A DNA stretch of 64,000 nt from Chrysomallon squamiferum (GCA_012295275.1 CM022667.1:12090001-12154000), one strand, 5' to 3'; positions 1 through 15,937 are shown, counted from the first letter of the stretch. Numbers and translations: made by a program. Notes: a model not told the origin generated them from the letters alone.

Positions 1-999
1 CAGCCAGAGCTGCGAAAAAAAAAAAAAAATGATAAGAAGATTCGGAGTTTACGCTTGTAAAAATGCAGATCGGCGGCAGACTTCAAAGAGACCGAGCGGA
101 CCTCGTTATTCTCCGTGTTTGACGAAAACAAACGAAAACTGAAGTGTCGTCTTGAAAAATATTAGTCTGTTCTTGTCTACTTTATTCATAACGCGCGCCA
201 TGTTTGGTTTTCTGGTAAATCACGTGTTCAGCTTGAAACGTCTTTACATTTTTCTTTCTTTCTTTCTCTCTTTCTTTCTTTCTTTCTTTCTTTCTTTTTC
301 TTTAGAAAACAAAACAGTTAAGAATACAGCAAAACTTCTGGTCGTGTATTCACTGGAGGGATCGAGAAGGGCTTGAAAACCCACGATGAATGAAAAACAT
401 TTTTTACTTACTTCTTGTATATTTTTAATTTTATATTCTAAATCATTAAACAGAGATCATTTCTCTCACTGTGTCAGAAAACTACGTTGTTCTGCATTTT
501 TGATATATATATATATATATTATTTTAAAATCCTGTTTTATATTCAGTAGCGCGATATCGAAGATACTGGATTGATATTATGGTGTTGTTTAACTTGTAA
601 TTTATCAACAGTTATTACAGGAGCTATTTGTATTTATTTAATTATTTTAAATGTATTTACCACACTGTCTTTTAATATTATAAATGTACTTATTTATTTA
701 ATTTTTAACTTATATTAATACCTTTTAATTTTTCTTTCTATATTTGTTATTTCTTCTTTTCTTCCTTTATCGTTTTGATCCTAATATTTTTATTTTTTTA
801 TTTGTTTGTTTGTCTGTTTGTTTCTCTCTTTATTTTAAAACTATTGTTTTTAAATTATATATTCATTAAGTCATGATTTTCAAAATCATCAATATTTACG
901 TTTAATTTTTATACTGTAGTTGTAAATTATAGTTTAAAATGATTTAAAAGAACTACTGAAATCATTATGGTATCATTATGGTCACCGCGTCAAAAAAAA

Positions 1000-1031
<32 letters not shown>

Positions 1032-3949
1032 AAAAAGAAAAAAAGAATAGATATATTTACCAAGGGGAGTAATCGGAAGAGTATGCTATTCGCCAGCATG
1101 ATAACAACGACGTCTTTTTGGGGTGGGGTGGGGGGGTTGCGATGGGAGTGACGGCCCTTTGATGGGAGCAGACGAAAGCTTTGATGTTTTTCGAGAGGCG
1201 ATGAACACGTTGAATTGGGACATGACAAAGTGACAAAGTTTCTCACATTCTCAGTGCACTTGTCACAGGCAGAAACGAGAGATTCTGCTTTTTTTTTACG
1301 TCTGCCCAGCAGAGCAAACAGAGAAATTCACTTTGTGAAAACTTTCACACGACGCATCGGTCGAGCTGCAGTTTCTGTTTTTAGTCCTTCAACGTTCAAA
1401 AAAAAAAAAAAAAAAAAAAAAAAAATTCTTTTTTCTTTTGTGTCTTTGGCAAAAAAAAAAAAAAAGAAGAAGAAAAAAAAATGGAGTTATGATGAAAGGA
1501 AACAGATTAAGTTAATAGATGTTCTTCCCTATTTTCTTTCAGTGAGCAGTCAAACACAGAAGTACGGTCGACCGTTGTGTTGCGTGCGGGGTCGAGTTCC
1601 ACGCGGAAATCAAAGATTTGGGAGTTCTGCGAGTGACGTGCAAGCACGTGTGTGTCAGCTGACCTGCGTGCGCGGCGGTGTGGGTGGCGCGACCACAACA
1701 ACAACAACAACAACCACAACGACCACGTGGCTGGAATCGAGACGGCGACGGCTGTCGTTTTGTTCTCGTAACAAAATTATTTTCTTTCATTTTTTTTTGT
1801 TTTGTTTTTTGAATTCTTTTCATATGTGTGTGTGTGCGTACGTATGTATGTGTATGTGTGTACGTGTGTGTGTGTGTTTATATATATATATTAAATTTAA
1901 CATCTTAATTATTCATAACAGATACTTGCAGAATATTAATCACAACTTAGTAAGTATACGATGCCGTACTGTACTTACTAAACTGATTGTAAGATAAACC
2001 ATAAAAAGATAAGTATTTGCAAAAGAAAAGTTTTTACAAAACGTATATTCAGAATAATAGTGTAAATAATAATAGACACATACTCAAAACGTAATACAAT
2101 ATATGTATATGTATGTGTGTGTGTGTCTGCCTACCTCTCTAACTATCTCTATCTATCTATATCTGTCTGTCTACCTACCTTTCTGAAAACAGATCAAACA
2201 TACAGTCACAGATATACTGACAAAAAAAGAAAAGACAATATTTATAATATATATCATGTCCACTAATAAAAACTCACAAGATATATATTAAATGTAAACG
2301 TTCACAAAACATCTGCTGACAAGATTTCTCACAATATATTGTACTGCTAAACCCAAAACTCGCAAATCAACTTTCCTTATTAATCGGCGATTTTAATTTG
2401 AAGATGTAGATATACAGACACTCTGACTTAAAGGTCTGAATAAGCCTTAAACATAAAACATATTTAATACAAGGCGACAATGCCAACATATCAGAATTAT
2501 GAAATAAATATCTTTACATTATTGTGTCAAAGAAATAAATGAAATATCAATTATAATTTTTTATTTTTTTTATTTTTTATTTATTTAATATCTGATATTT
2601 GATCTGCTAAGAAATATTTTATAGTTTTTCTTAATGGAAGGAGTAAATTCTAATTTAGAACACATGAACGAATGAATGATTGATTAAGTGAATGAATGAA
2701 TAAAAATAAACTTATAAATGTGCAATAAACAATAAAACAACAAAAATAATTATTTAAATAAACAGATGAAATTACAAGCAGTTTAAAAAAAGGCTGAAAA
2801 AATCATATAAATGAAGAAGCAAACAAATAAGCAAATGAACAAGAATTAACAAAAGATCAAACAAACAAACAAACAAACAGAAAAAACATAAATAAACAAA
2901 CAAACAAACAAACAAACAAACAAACAAACAAACATAAATAAATGAACAGCATTTTTATTTATTTTTTATTTTTTAGAGATATCTTTAACAAAACTGAAAT
3001 CAAGCCAGGTTATTTCCAAAATAGAAGACAATGTCCAGCTGTTTTTTTTTTTCTCTTATTTAATAACAAGCAATTGGAAATAAAAAAAAAAAAAAAAATA
3101 AAAAAAATGTCACAAATCATTTTTCAATTCTCCTTCCACTGATATGATTACTGGATGTAGAACAAACGACATGATGTTAGTATCGGTAACACAAACATAC
3201 CCCTTGACACCCAGACGCGGCGTCAAATTAGCTAAAACCACAAACAGAAAAAACACACACAAAACTACAAAAAATAAAGAAAAATAACAACCGCTTCCCA
3301 AGTCATCAATGCTAAAAAACCTCTGGAGATTTCAGCAGCCATCGAAATATCCCACTCAACTCTGATCAGCAGAGAAAAAAAAAATTATCCTTCCGTCTGT
3401 CACCCCGAAGGTTTTATTTAACTTTGTCCAAATCTGCAGAGGCTCTGTTTTCGTTTACACAGCTCACTAGACCCGCGGGACGGGACTACAAGACTTAACG
3501 AACAGCAAAACAAATTAGCCCGGTGCTTGTACTTGAAGATAATGTGTTTTGTGCGTCGCGTGGGGAGTTGTGCGATCGGTCCCGGGGACGTTGGTGCCGT
3601 CAACTCCCGCTGGTGGTTGCCGTCGTTGTGGCAGAAGGATTGGACCGAATGCTTTTAAAGTGATTGCTTCGCAGACTGCAAAGCAGGTCTGGACAACGTC
3701 ATGCGAGAAGCCAAGCTGCGAAGCTCGGTGGAAAGTCATTTGGTAATGAACGGTTCCGTCGCGGAATGGCCGCTCTGGCTTTTCGTTTGTTTGATATTAA
3801 AAAAAAAACGGTGTCTGTCCGCTGATTGTCTGTTACTGCTGTCAGTTTTGATTTGTGAATTAGATGTAGTGTTGTTTTTTTGTTTGTTGTGTTTTCTTGT
3901 TTTGTAGATTGATAGATCAGTTTGGTTTAAATTAATTTTGTTGGAGGGT

Positions 3950-4165
3950 AATAATAACGACGACGACGACGATGATGATGATGATGATGATAATAATAAT
4001 AGTAATAATTATAGTAATAATAATAATAGAAATAATAGTAATAATAATCATAACAATAGTAGTAATAATGATAATAATAATAATAATAGTAATAATAATA
4101 GTAATAATAGTAATAATAATGATAATAATAATAATAATAATAATAATAAGATGATGATGATGACG
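3950..4165. repeat. Compound (GAC)/(GAT)/(AAT) trinucleotide microsatellite
   Basis: Direct reading; source of the poly-N/I/Y ORFs. Confidence 0.95.
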
Positions 4166-6571
4166 AAGAAAAACAACAATATCGGCGACAAAAACTGTAA
4201 CAATAAAACAACCCTTCAACAGCAACATAAGATCAAATCAGCGGAATACATTGATTAAAAACACAGATATACATACAGCCGAGAGACAGGCAGAGAAACA
4301 GAGAGATATATGAATGGATAAATGCACTGATGGACGGATGGATGGAAAAATTAAAAGATAGGAACTTGGACGGAATGCGTACAAAGATGAAATACTGACT
4401 GATGCTTAATGATATCATATCGATTATGATGAAAAATACTGATAGATTATGTACAGAGATTCCAGATTCAACAAAAGTGAAATTATCAGATACAAATACA
4501 CAAGTGCATTGCAGAATTCAGAATTAAACACAGCTCGTAACCTGATTAGAGGGTTTATGTTTCTGCGTTACAGTGTTTACTGGGGTTATTGTGGACACGA
4601 CTGTTTGATCTTTTAGTATATCTTGCAGTCTTAATAGACTTTAAATGTTTAGTCTGTCGTGTAGTTTTTGTATTTAATAATTAATAAAGAAGAAATCCAA
4701 GGTTTTTATGGAATAACAGGAATAAATCATATTTATAAAAATCTTCCAGCAGAAGGAAATTACATACGATTGTCTTTGATTAATAAATACGTCAGATAAA
4801 AAAAAAAAAAAAAAAGAGTTTTTTACTAGATTTTAAAAAGATTTTCTGTCGTATTTTTAATAAAATTTCTTAGTGATATTTGTTTTGTGCATTGTCATCC
4901 TGATTTCTTGAGTTCAACATTTGTTTTAGCTTCTGTTAAGAAAAAAAAAAAAAAAAAAAAACCAGTCTACTTCTACCAGAATCCCTGTCACTGTATCTAT
5001 CAGACCACATACCACACATGCCTGGCCCACCCATGTAAGATGGGACGTAAATAAAACATAAACAAACAAGACAAACATTTGCTCTTTGCGTCCGTACACC
5101 AGGACTTCAAATGAAAAGCGTACACACGAGATAGAGCGACCCCCATTCACGCGCGAGCTCGTCTGGTAGCGGCGTAACATCGACAAACCCTCGGTACATG
5201 ACGGAACAATACGACCACCAGGGCCACCCATCGCAGAGGTTTTCCACATTAAGATGTCCAGGCACACGGCAAACATGGCGTGCATGCTGCAAGCTGAGAA
5301 ACCGCTCTTTGTAAACACACAATAAACTGTATCCTCTAGACAATCGCTCTAATGACAAAGCTAACAAAAACACTGTATACGGAATACACGGCTTTGACAC
5401 AGGTGGAGCTGGTTTCGTCTTTATGGGCGGCTAAATAAACACGGCTGGCTTTGTCGGTTTTCGGCGATTCATCGGCAAGAATCCCGCGTGGCACAAGGTG
5501 ACGTTTGGGTAAGATCAGGGACTGAAAAGAGCCGGGATCTTTTTTTTTTTTTTTTATGGCGGATTCATGCCAAATGTCCGGTAGAAAGAAAATTAGAAAA
5601 AAAAAAAAAAAAAAAAAAATAAGCGATCAGAACCTAAATCCAAAAAAGAACGACAGATGTGAAAAGTGATACTTTTAAAACATTGTAATGACCTGTGGTC
5701 ACAAAGATTTCGCTAAAGACGATTTCTGACCGTTCGTCTGCGAACGAGAGTTTTACGATGGTTACAAATTGCCTTGTTTAAAAGTTGAAAAACATGTCAT
5801 CGTTGTCCTGCCATGGTTTCTTTCAGCGATTCGATAAATCGCATTCATAAACCAACAAAGCAAGATGTTCCACCTTTGCCTTCGCTAAATTGGAGTCATG
5901 TTTCTCTTTCCAAACCACACGCTCCTTTAGAAACAGCGATAATATATCTAACATGTGGACAGTTTAGACATACAAAACTTATATTTTTATTGAATCAGAT
6001 ACTTAGCCATGTGTCGAAGATTTCATCTTTGTTTATTTTTTATGTCCATTGTTCAATAATAATAATAATAAAGATATTTAACATCTGCTGTGTCTCTCTG
6101 TATGTATACATGAGAAATTGATTTATCATTCCATATGCTAAAATACTGAATATTTCGAGTATAACTAATATCTGCAATTATATTTGAAAATTCTGACTGA
6201 GGTATCAGAATAATGGCATGGAAAAAATCAGTAAATTATAGTTTGAAGAGGTGTTTTCTTATTAAGAAACATTTTATAAAATTAACATTGTATAGGATCC
6301 CTCTAAAAAATTAACCAACAAACAGGAGGGAAAATATTACATGCGCAGGAGAAATTTAACCAGCTTTTCAGTGCTGTGGTTCAGTGCAAGTATTATGATA
6401 TTAATCAGTGATAAATATAACACTGAAATTAGATTTGGATAAAAATTACTATTGAGTAAACGTGAAAACAAATTTCAGTTACATTCTCGAAAATTTGTTA
6501 ATTAATAAAACTAATTTTATTTTATTTTATTTTATTTTATTTTATTTCATTTCATTTCATTTTATTTTATT

Positions 6572-6613
<42 letters not shown>

Positions 6614-7610
6614 GCCTCAGTTTTATGTTATTTATTAATTTAATCTGAATTAATATAATTAATTTTCTTTTTCTACTTAATTTGTACATATGATATCAGT
6701 CATTTTTCGTTCTAAATAATAATAGTTTAAATAAAATGTAATATCATTCTGGAACAGTCTTGTAAAATAATTATTTAAAACTTGTGAAATTTAATTTGTA
6801 AAATAAATTCAGAGAAAATCTAGTTTGATTTATTTAAAGATAATGAGTTATACCTAAAATCTAAGTTAAACGTAATCATCATCCTGAAAAATAAAGATAA
6901 AATTATTTCAGTTAGCATAACTTTAATGCTCTGATTAATTGTCTACCTAAGCACGAACTTTATAAAGTAATTAATTATATTACCAAGGGCAACAACTATG
7001 ACAACCATAAAGAAACAAACAAACAAATAAATAGGAAGATAGAGAGATAATTAGACAGACAGACAGAAAGTCGGAAAGACAGATAAACAAATAATTAAAT
7101 AAATACAAAATAAATAAATAAATAAATAAATAAAAAAAGAAAGAAAGAGACAAATATATATAAATAAATAATAAAAATAACAAATATAAATGTTCATACA
7201 GAATATAGCAGCAAAATAATTCAGGTCTGTAGAATGTTTATAAATTTTATTACATCTTTGTCTTATTCCACAGAAAATGAATCTAATTTTAGGCGTATTT
7301 TGGTTCGCTTGCATACTCAGTCTTTCTCGCATTTTTCCAATCATAGATTTCCTGAAAGACTTCTAGCTGTCTTTTTATTTTCCTTTATATTCTTTTATGT
7401 TTCAGGCATACGGAAATAAATAACACTTTTTTTTTATTACATAATACTAAGGAAGAAATGATACGAAATTAAAAATTAAAATATACACACAATAATTTAT
7501 GCAAATCTGTGAAGCTTTGTTCGAACAAAACTCTTTATTTCAAACGAGTTTTAAAACTATGGAGTTATCTACCTTGGATCATTTTCAAGTATTATAACCA
7601 TAAATACTTT

Positions 7611-7722
<112 letters not shown>

Positions 7723-8911
7723 AAATGTTAAGATAAAGACTAAGAAAAATAAAATTGGCTACATCAGTATTTTAAATGCAGGTAAATATATAATTTTCTA
7801 TTTAATTCTTTCGTTAATATTCATCATTGCTTATTTCTCCTCCTTCTTCCTTTTCTTCTTCTTCTTCTTCTTCTTCTTCTTCTTCTTTTTTTTTTTTCTT
7901 TTCTTTCCTTTTGTTCACCGAAGAAAGAAACGCGCCATACATCATAACCCTAATCATTATTACATTTAGTATTTTCTCCGACCAGTCAATCACATGATTT
8001 ATGAAATAGCTTCGGCTCGAGAAAAAGATAACGCAATTGTGTGGGAAAAATAAACACTTGTGCGAGATCACCAAGCATTGCCACATGACACAGGTTTCTC
8101 GAACAATGCCATCATCTCCTCAAGTCCCCCGAAAACCTTCTCATTATCGCCTTAGTGGGAAATAAATCCTGAATTAAAACGCTGTTCACAATGGCGCCCA
8201 GCGCTATCGCTCTCGAAATCAAGTTATTTTCTTATGTCATGCGTTTCGGGGATTATCTCCCTTCATCGGAAGAGCTCTTCAAACGTGGAAAGTTCTTTTT
8301 ACAAGAGTCGTTTCCTCTATTGTAATTGTGAGATGAACGGTGACTCTGTCTCCACCTTCCTGGCATATGTCATTCGACAATAACGCTCTTAGATGAAAAC
8401 GAAAAAAAAATTTGAAAAAAAATAATAATATATTTGACACACTTTATCAGCTAATTTCGACGATATCAGTTGATTGTTTATCTGGAGTCGAGTTCGACAT
8501 GTAAATTGCTTTAAGAGTGACCTAAAATCTTGCAAAAGAAGCATTATGATGGTTCAGCTTGACATAAATATCCTCTGTCTGTGTCTGAGAGCTCTAAGTT
8601 CAACAGCTGCGAATGTTATTCGACAATACTGATAAACAGGCTATGCTCAGAACAGGGGGAATTAACTCTAGACAGATGTAAGCTGATTGGTCATACAAGG
8701 ATATCTTGTGTAAGAATCATTATGACATAAACGCGTCAGATTACAACGTTAACAGTGTTTGATTGAGACGTAAACTATAATAAAAATGAAATCTCTTTTG
8801 GTCCGATATCGTAATTGTTTCAAGCTAGTTATCAACCAATGCTCTTTGTCGACATAATACAGCGTCATCCAAAATCTGTCTATAAATAAATAAATAAATG
8901 AAACACAGACA

Positions 8912-8946
<35 letters not shown>

Positions 8947-9758
8947 ATTAATTAATTAATTAATTTTTGTTTATAGTTTAAGACATTCGGCAATTAACTA
9001 TTAACATATTCACGATATAGCTGGTAGGAATAGTAGTAGTAGTAGTTGTTGTAGTTGTTGTTGTTGGTCTATCTGTCGCAGTAGTTGTAGTGGTATTAGC
9101 AGCGGCAGCAACAACAACAGCGGCAATTGTAGTGGTAACTGATTTTATATTCTAGTATGAATTAGTGATGATCGTTACATTAGTCGTAGTTGTAGTTGCT
9201 GGAATGTTTATCGCTCCCTGTTTTGCTATAAATATTGGTTGTAATTGTCGTCGTAGTACATTTTAGGATATTAGTTTATGACGTTGTACCTGCTTGTTGT
9301 ACTGTAACAGTAACTGTTAATGCAGTTATATCAATATTTACAGGAACAGCAGTAGAAGAAGTAGAAATAGTAGAAACATAAAAGAATATAGTTGACTTTG
9401 ATGGTCGTGTAGCCAGGCAAAAATATAACAAATGTATTTTATAATATTATAAATTTATATGACACGCCTAAACATATAAACAAATAAATCAGAGGAAATG
9501 TGAAGGCCATAACAGGACCAGCAGTTTATCATAATAAATAATTATGACAGTAGTTTGTTTAAAATATATACTTCTTGTAGTATACGTGTCATAAATAAGA
9601 CAAATATACATCTGTGTGTTTAAAAATACGTCCTCATCCGCAATGAAGTCAAAATTTAATGTAAATGTTACATTAGTGTAAATTATTCATATATATATAT
9701 ATATATATATGTAAGTATGTCTTTCTTTCTTTTTCTTGTTCTTTGCATTGTATTTTTT

Positions 9759-9813
<55 letters not shown>

Positions 9814-10783
9814 TATATTTATTTATTTTAAGCAAAGATAAATATATTTTCTTTATTCATCCATTAACTGAGGACACCACTTTTGATCTTTCTCTATAAA
9901 AAGAAAAACGTTTTAAATGTTTGAAATTCTACTCCGTGCAATCGCACGCGCTTTTCATTACGGGCGCTCTTGGGTTATTTTTGATTGACGGCAGCATGCG
10001 CGAAACATTCTCCTGACATCGGCAGCAGCCATCGAAAAAAAAAAAAAAAAAAAGCCTCACTCTCTCTCTCTCTCTCTCTCTCGTATCATCTTATCACGCT
10101 CAAAAATCTTAAAATCACAAGAATAAGAAAACAAAAACGAGTTTTTTCGCTTGCACGACAATACATAAAACAGGATGACAGCTGGTCGAGAAGGGAGATA
10201 ACTGCAACACGACTCACGTGCGGCAGCAATTAATGGCGATCGCGCGCGCTTTGTTTTTTTTTTTTTTGTGTGTGTTTTTTTTTTTTTTTTTTTCTGTCAA
10301 GTTTGCGTGGAAAGATTTCAGCAGAAGAGTACATCTGGTTAGATCTAATCAGTGGAAATGTAAACCTCGGAAATAAAGATGTTTGTGGCAACAATTGGGG
10401 TTTTTATTTTCTGTTGAAGTGATGGACAAGTATTGTATGCACGTGTTTGTAAAGCTTGTAGACAATGTTTCCGAACTGATTTAATCACGTGACGTATGTT
10501 TTTTTGCCGCCCAGACAGTTTCAGCAGCGTTTTCTGATGGTTAAATTTGATAAAAGTAGCGTTAGTTTTATTAGCCGTAAAAAACAACAAAAATAAAACA
10601 AAACAAAAAAACAACAAAAGAAAACAAAAGAAACGTAGATTATGGTGATGAAGATAGAGTTGATATTGTTACTGCTTATGAAGAGGAAAGCGTGTAAAAA
10701 TAATACAATTATTTTGCTGCAGATTATAACTTTAACAATATCAACAGATAACAAAATATAAAAGAAAAATATAAAAATAAATA

Positions 10784-10820
<37 letters not shown>

Positions 10821-12577
10821 AACATGTAAAGAGATAATTTATAAAACAAAGGTAGTGAAAACTGAATTTCAGATAAATATCCTTTCAAAAATAAAATAAA
10901 AGGCAAAATATAAAATAATTTAAAAATTATGATGATGTTGATGATCATAATAAGAAACTATAGAATGAATGAATGAATGAATGAAATAAATAAATAAAAA
11001 TAAAAATAAATAAATAAAGAAATAAAGAAGGAAAAAAAAATCCACTTAATAAAGACGGCTTATATTATTCTTAGTATATATATATAGTTAAATTAATGGC
11101 AGTTCAAGGAAAAACGATATCTTTAGAACGTTAGCATCAGCCGTTACGATTTTCAGTATTTTCTCAGTACCACATCTGTTAAATTTCCCATTCTAACCAG
11201 TATCTCGCTTCTGGTTTATAAATGTCAATGAGAATTTCGCCATGTCATTATTGTGCAAGAAAACGTATGACTGATTTAAACGTATTAAACTGTTATTAAA
11301 TATCCTTTCATTCGTTCATTCTTTTCTTCATTCATTCCGCTCAAGAAGACCTCTGTTCCATTGTTATAGACCATAGTTTGCATTCTGACACTTGGAAATT
11401 CAAAAAGCAATAAGTAGAACAGAAGTCAATTTTAAAGTATTTAGGACAGAAAACTTCCTGGTTTGTAACCTGACCAGAAAGACTGTCAGTTTGAAGGGAA
11501 GGTCTCCGTTTTCTTGAAGCATCATAATTTATCGCTCTACAAGTTTTTATTTCTTCTCTCTTTCTTTGTACCTGTATCCGTTTCCCTACCTTTGTCCACT
11601 TCGCGTTTCACCTTGGCCAGGTTGTCACTTCTCCCCTGCCCGAAAGTGACAAGTTGAAAACTACATCTGTAGACGCATAAAAGAAGTGGCAGGCAAACAG
11701 GCAATAGAGAAAGATTATTTTGTCGAAAGCCATCACGTACAAAACACCTTAATCTGTTTACCTTACTAGCCCAGGTGTCTCGTCGAATCGAACAACACAA
11801 TGTGCTTGTCACTTTCGTTTTCCCTTCTTGATTAGCAAAGAGGTTATTTAGTCATTAATCATAACAAACAAAAGTGCTTTGTAATTAATCACTGTGACGA
11901 CTTTTTTTTTTCTTTTTTTTTTTTTTTTTTTTTTTCTTGCAGCATGTTAGACGATTGTCCAACAAGAATTAGAAAGTCATTTCCCGTCGACACGGTAAAA
12001 AGTTTTTTTTTTTGTTGTTGTTGTTTTTTTTTTTTTTGTTTTTAATTATTTTTTAACCTGTCTCTGACTTGAACATGAACACAACCAGCTTGTAGACTAC
12101 AAAACATATGCTTGGAAAAAAAGAAGTTGTGGTGTCGCTAGCAGTCTCCTTTGTTCGTTACATTGTGATGTCCACCGTGATGTTGTGTACATCGTTGTCG
12201 TTGTCACAGAGCCAGTAGAGTATAAACAGGTTCAGTGAATGTACGTGTACTCTGAATGAATAAATGAAAATGTTAAATGAATAAATGAATATGTGTGTGT
12301 TATATCAGAACGTATTTTAATATTTACAGTAACCAGCAGAACATCTGTTGCTTCAAACAAAAATAATAATATTAATAATAAGTAAATAAATAAATACCAG
12401 CCTTCCCTAACGACACACATTTATTTGCAGGAATGAAAATGTATTTGAACCTTTACTTAGAGTGTAGACCTATAGTATATAGAAACTTTTTTATACATCA
12501 GCTTTAATTGGAATGGGAAATATTGCTATTTCTATTATTATTACTACTATTACCACTACTACTACTTTTTTTTTTTT

Positions 12578-12715
12578 ATATAATCAGCACATTTGTATGC
12601 TAACTTTCAAAATATTTTAAAGTAACTTTTTTTAAAACAAAATGTTAGAGATCCCGCTTTAATTATGATGATGATAATACTACTACTACTACTGTTGCTA
12701 ATTCTACTGCTGTTG

Positions 12716-12783
<68 letters not shown>

Positions 12784-12882
12784 ACTAATAATGATTTTTT
12801 TAAATATAATCAGCACATTTGTATGATAACATTCATAATCATTTTTAAGTCATGACTTTTAAAACAAAATTTTACGGATCCC
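12578..12882 (+). repeat. Diverged ~80-bp direct duplication flanking a (CTA)/(CTG) microsatellite
   Basis: ATATAATCAGCACATTTGTATG...TTTTAAAACAAAAT...GATCCC at about 12578-12655 and 12804-12882. Confidence 0.85.
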
Positions 12883-13743
12883 ACGTTTATTTTTTCCCAC
12901 CCCAGATACTTCGACATCTGATTAAGTCAGCGACGATGACACTTAACGGCTTACTCCTGCAGCAACCACTCGTCCATAAACATCTTCTCTCTGTCAGTAT
13001 AAAACTGACATCAGGCAGCAGCGCCATCTATTTTAGAAATGATTAATGCCGCGAGTTACACCCCTTTTCGCTCTCACCCGCCGATCGTCTTCAAAGGCCC
13101 CGCGCGCAGCCGCAATTAGCTGAACGGCAATAAAGATGGAACGTCCTGAAGATCGTGGGTTACCACCCCTTCCTCCCATTCCGGTCCTTACGACTCTAAA
13201 CAATGCGGTCAAGAAGCTGGCCCAATGACGTGGATACTTTGAGTCCAGTTATCTAACCTCTAATCCGCGTCCGGCAAAGTTTAGAGTTTTTTTTTTTCCC
13301 CGACGATTTATTTTCCATAATGCTGTTTTTTTTTTTTTTTTTTTTTTTGTAAAGCACCAACGGGTTTTTTGACTGTTTCTGTCGTGAGTTATGTGTTTCG
13401 AGAAGTCTGGTAGAGGGTCCCCTGTGGTTTGCAATGGAAACCACCTGGAAATTTTTTTGTTGTGGGAAAGTTATAAAGACTATTTCTGAAATAACGCGTC
13501 GCACTGTTTTTGTGTGGTTACGAAGAACAGAAATGATTAAATATAAATATAAATAAAACATATGATGGTTATCACTTGGCTTGGTTGTATAATGTGATGT
13601 GTTGTTGTTGTTGTTGTTGTAAATGTTGGTTTTCCTCTTCTTCTTCTTCTTACTCTTCTTGTTTCCTTTTGGTTGTTATTATTACTGCTGTTACTATTAC
13701 TGCTACTACAACTACTACTACAGTACATACCAATACATACCAA

Positions 13744-13786
<43 letters not shown>

Positions 13787-14672
13787 TATTGTTATTTATT
13801 GTTATTACTGTTGCTGCTGATGATGTTATTTTCTTGTTGTAATTTCCGTTTTCTTAAATTTTCTCATGGCTGGTGGAAAGTTGGGTCTTTTGGATATATC
13901 AATTCATTATTTTCTATCTGGTGGATGTAACGATGGTTTGAAAGACGTACAGACAAATGGACTGATGGACTGAAGAAATAACTGAAAGACGGATGGACAA
14001 AGAAACAGTTATACCGAAGAAACTGTAGGGTGGTTTAATGGACTGACAACTAACGGTTGGACGCACCGATGAATGGATGGTTTCATCGCTTAAATAACTT
14101 AAATAATTTTTTTTCAGGAATATTAAAAAACCATCAGTAAAATTTTCTGTAAACAAAAAAAAAAAAATAGAGAAATTCTCTTGCTACATCTCTCAACTCT
14201 CTCTCCCCTTTCTGTTCCTTTCCCCAAAACTGCTGATGACAATTGCATTAGGACATTAAATACTGCTTTAGCGTCGTTCGCGCGTAGTCACGCGTGCAGT
14301 TTGGCGCGACATGTTCCTCCTCTCGACGGATCCCGCGTGTAAAAACGAGACTTGGTGCGGCGTCTGCGATCAACCGGCTTCAGTTTTCACAGTCGAGCGA
14401 GCGGAAAACAAGAATTCACGCAGAGTTTTTTTCTCTCACTCTCGTCTTCTTCTCATCCAGGCAAGAAACACGCCTCTTTATTAATGACACACAGCCAACG
14501 ATGAACCACCAAAGCTGAGAAGAACTTTAATTTGAAAACTCAATTACAGTCGGGTTAGCGAAAAAATAGGCGAAAACATCAAACAGATTAATCAACAAAT
14601 TATTTCAACCATGGCGGTCGTCCTCCCGGAAATATCCGACAACTGTCAAACGAGGGATAACTCTAGTTTTAA

Positions 14673-14708
<36 letters not shown>

Positions 14709-15377
14709 CTTTGTGTTTGTGTGTTCTGAGATAACCTGATGAGGTAAAATGTTATGTTATTTAACGATCAAACAACCTGGTAAAAAATGAAGCGTGAAAG
14801 AATAAAGATAATTAAAAAAAATATAAATAAATAAATAAATTATGTAGGAATATTTTATTGTCTAGAAGTATTCTTTTTAACCCCGTTTGATCTGGGGAAA
14901 TTCCCAAAACAGGTTTTAATAACTTTCTCTTTCGCTTTTTAGATTGCTATCTAAATGCTGATGGTTGTTAGGTCTGTTAAATACAGCTTGATTATTATCG
15001 AGGAATAGTTTTTCAAAGAGAACCGCTGTTTTATCGCTGAAACATACCAGAGGAAAATTGGTAGAAAAAAATTATTAAAATGGTTATGTTTTGTAAAACA
15101 CTGCAACGTTGTAGTCAAACAGCAGGCGCGGTGTTATGTTTGTTCATTACAAGATACAATCTAAAGTTTTTAGTGTTAGTGTTTTTATTTCTTTTTAATT
15201 CTTCATTTGTTGGTTTGCTTAATTCATTCTGTCGTTGGATCTCTCACGAATGCAGCAGTTTGTTGGAAGTGTGTTCTTTTGATTCTTCAGTCTGTGATGT
15301 TGTTTATTTATGTATTCCATCACTTATTTGTAAATCAGTCTCGAATAATGTGGATTTGTTCGTTTTTATCTGTCTGT

Positions 15378-15728
<351 letters not shown>

Positions 15729-15906
15729 AACTGAAGCTTGATTCAAGAGAATATGGCAAAGCATGCAAAATATCTCAAATCTTTCAAACCGTGAACCTTG
15801 AAATTAAATTATCCATGAACTTCGTCGTGCCTTCAGTCAAATATTCAGAACCTTCTTTAAAATGAAAAGCATAATTCCAAAAGAAATAATAGTAAAGGAA
15901 GAACAA

Positions 15907-15937
<31 letters not shown>

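Noticed and set aside
1215-1997. 260-aa ORF on + strand
   Set aside because: Non-ATG start; runs through poly-A (poly-K), (CAA)n and (GT)n tracts; no recognisable domain or splice structure.
3927-4258. Overlapping poly-N/I/Y ORFs, representative of many ERERER, LLLL and YLFI ORFs in the track
   Set aside because: Translations of stop-free microsatellites, open in several frames and on both strands.
4926-5400. Two minus-strand ORFs (130 and 97 aa) considered as exons of Sowah (the ankyrin gene linked to Irx in bilaterians) or another gene
   Set aside because: No ankyrin consensus or other recognisable motif; better explained as a GC-richer noncoding island. I recognised no Sowah exon in the window, but short exons cannot be excluded without tBLASTn.
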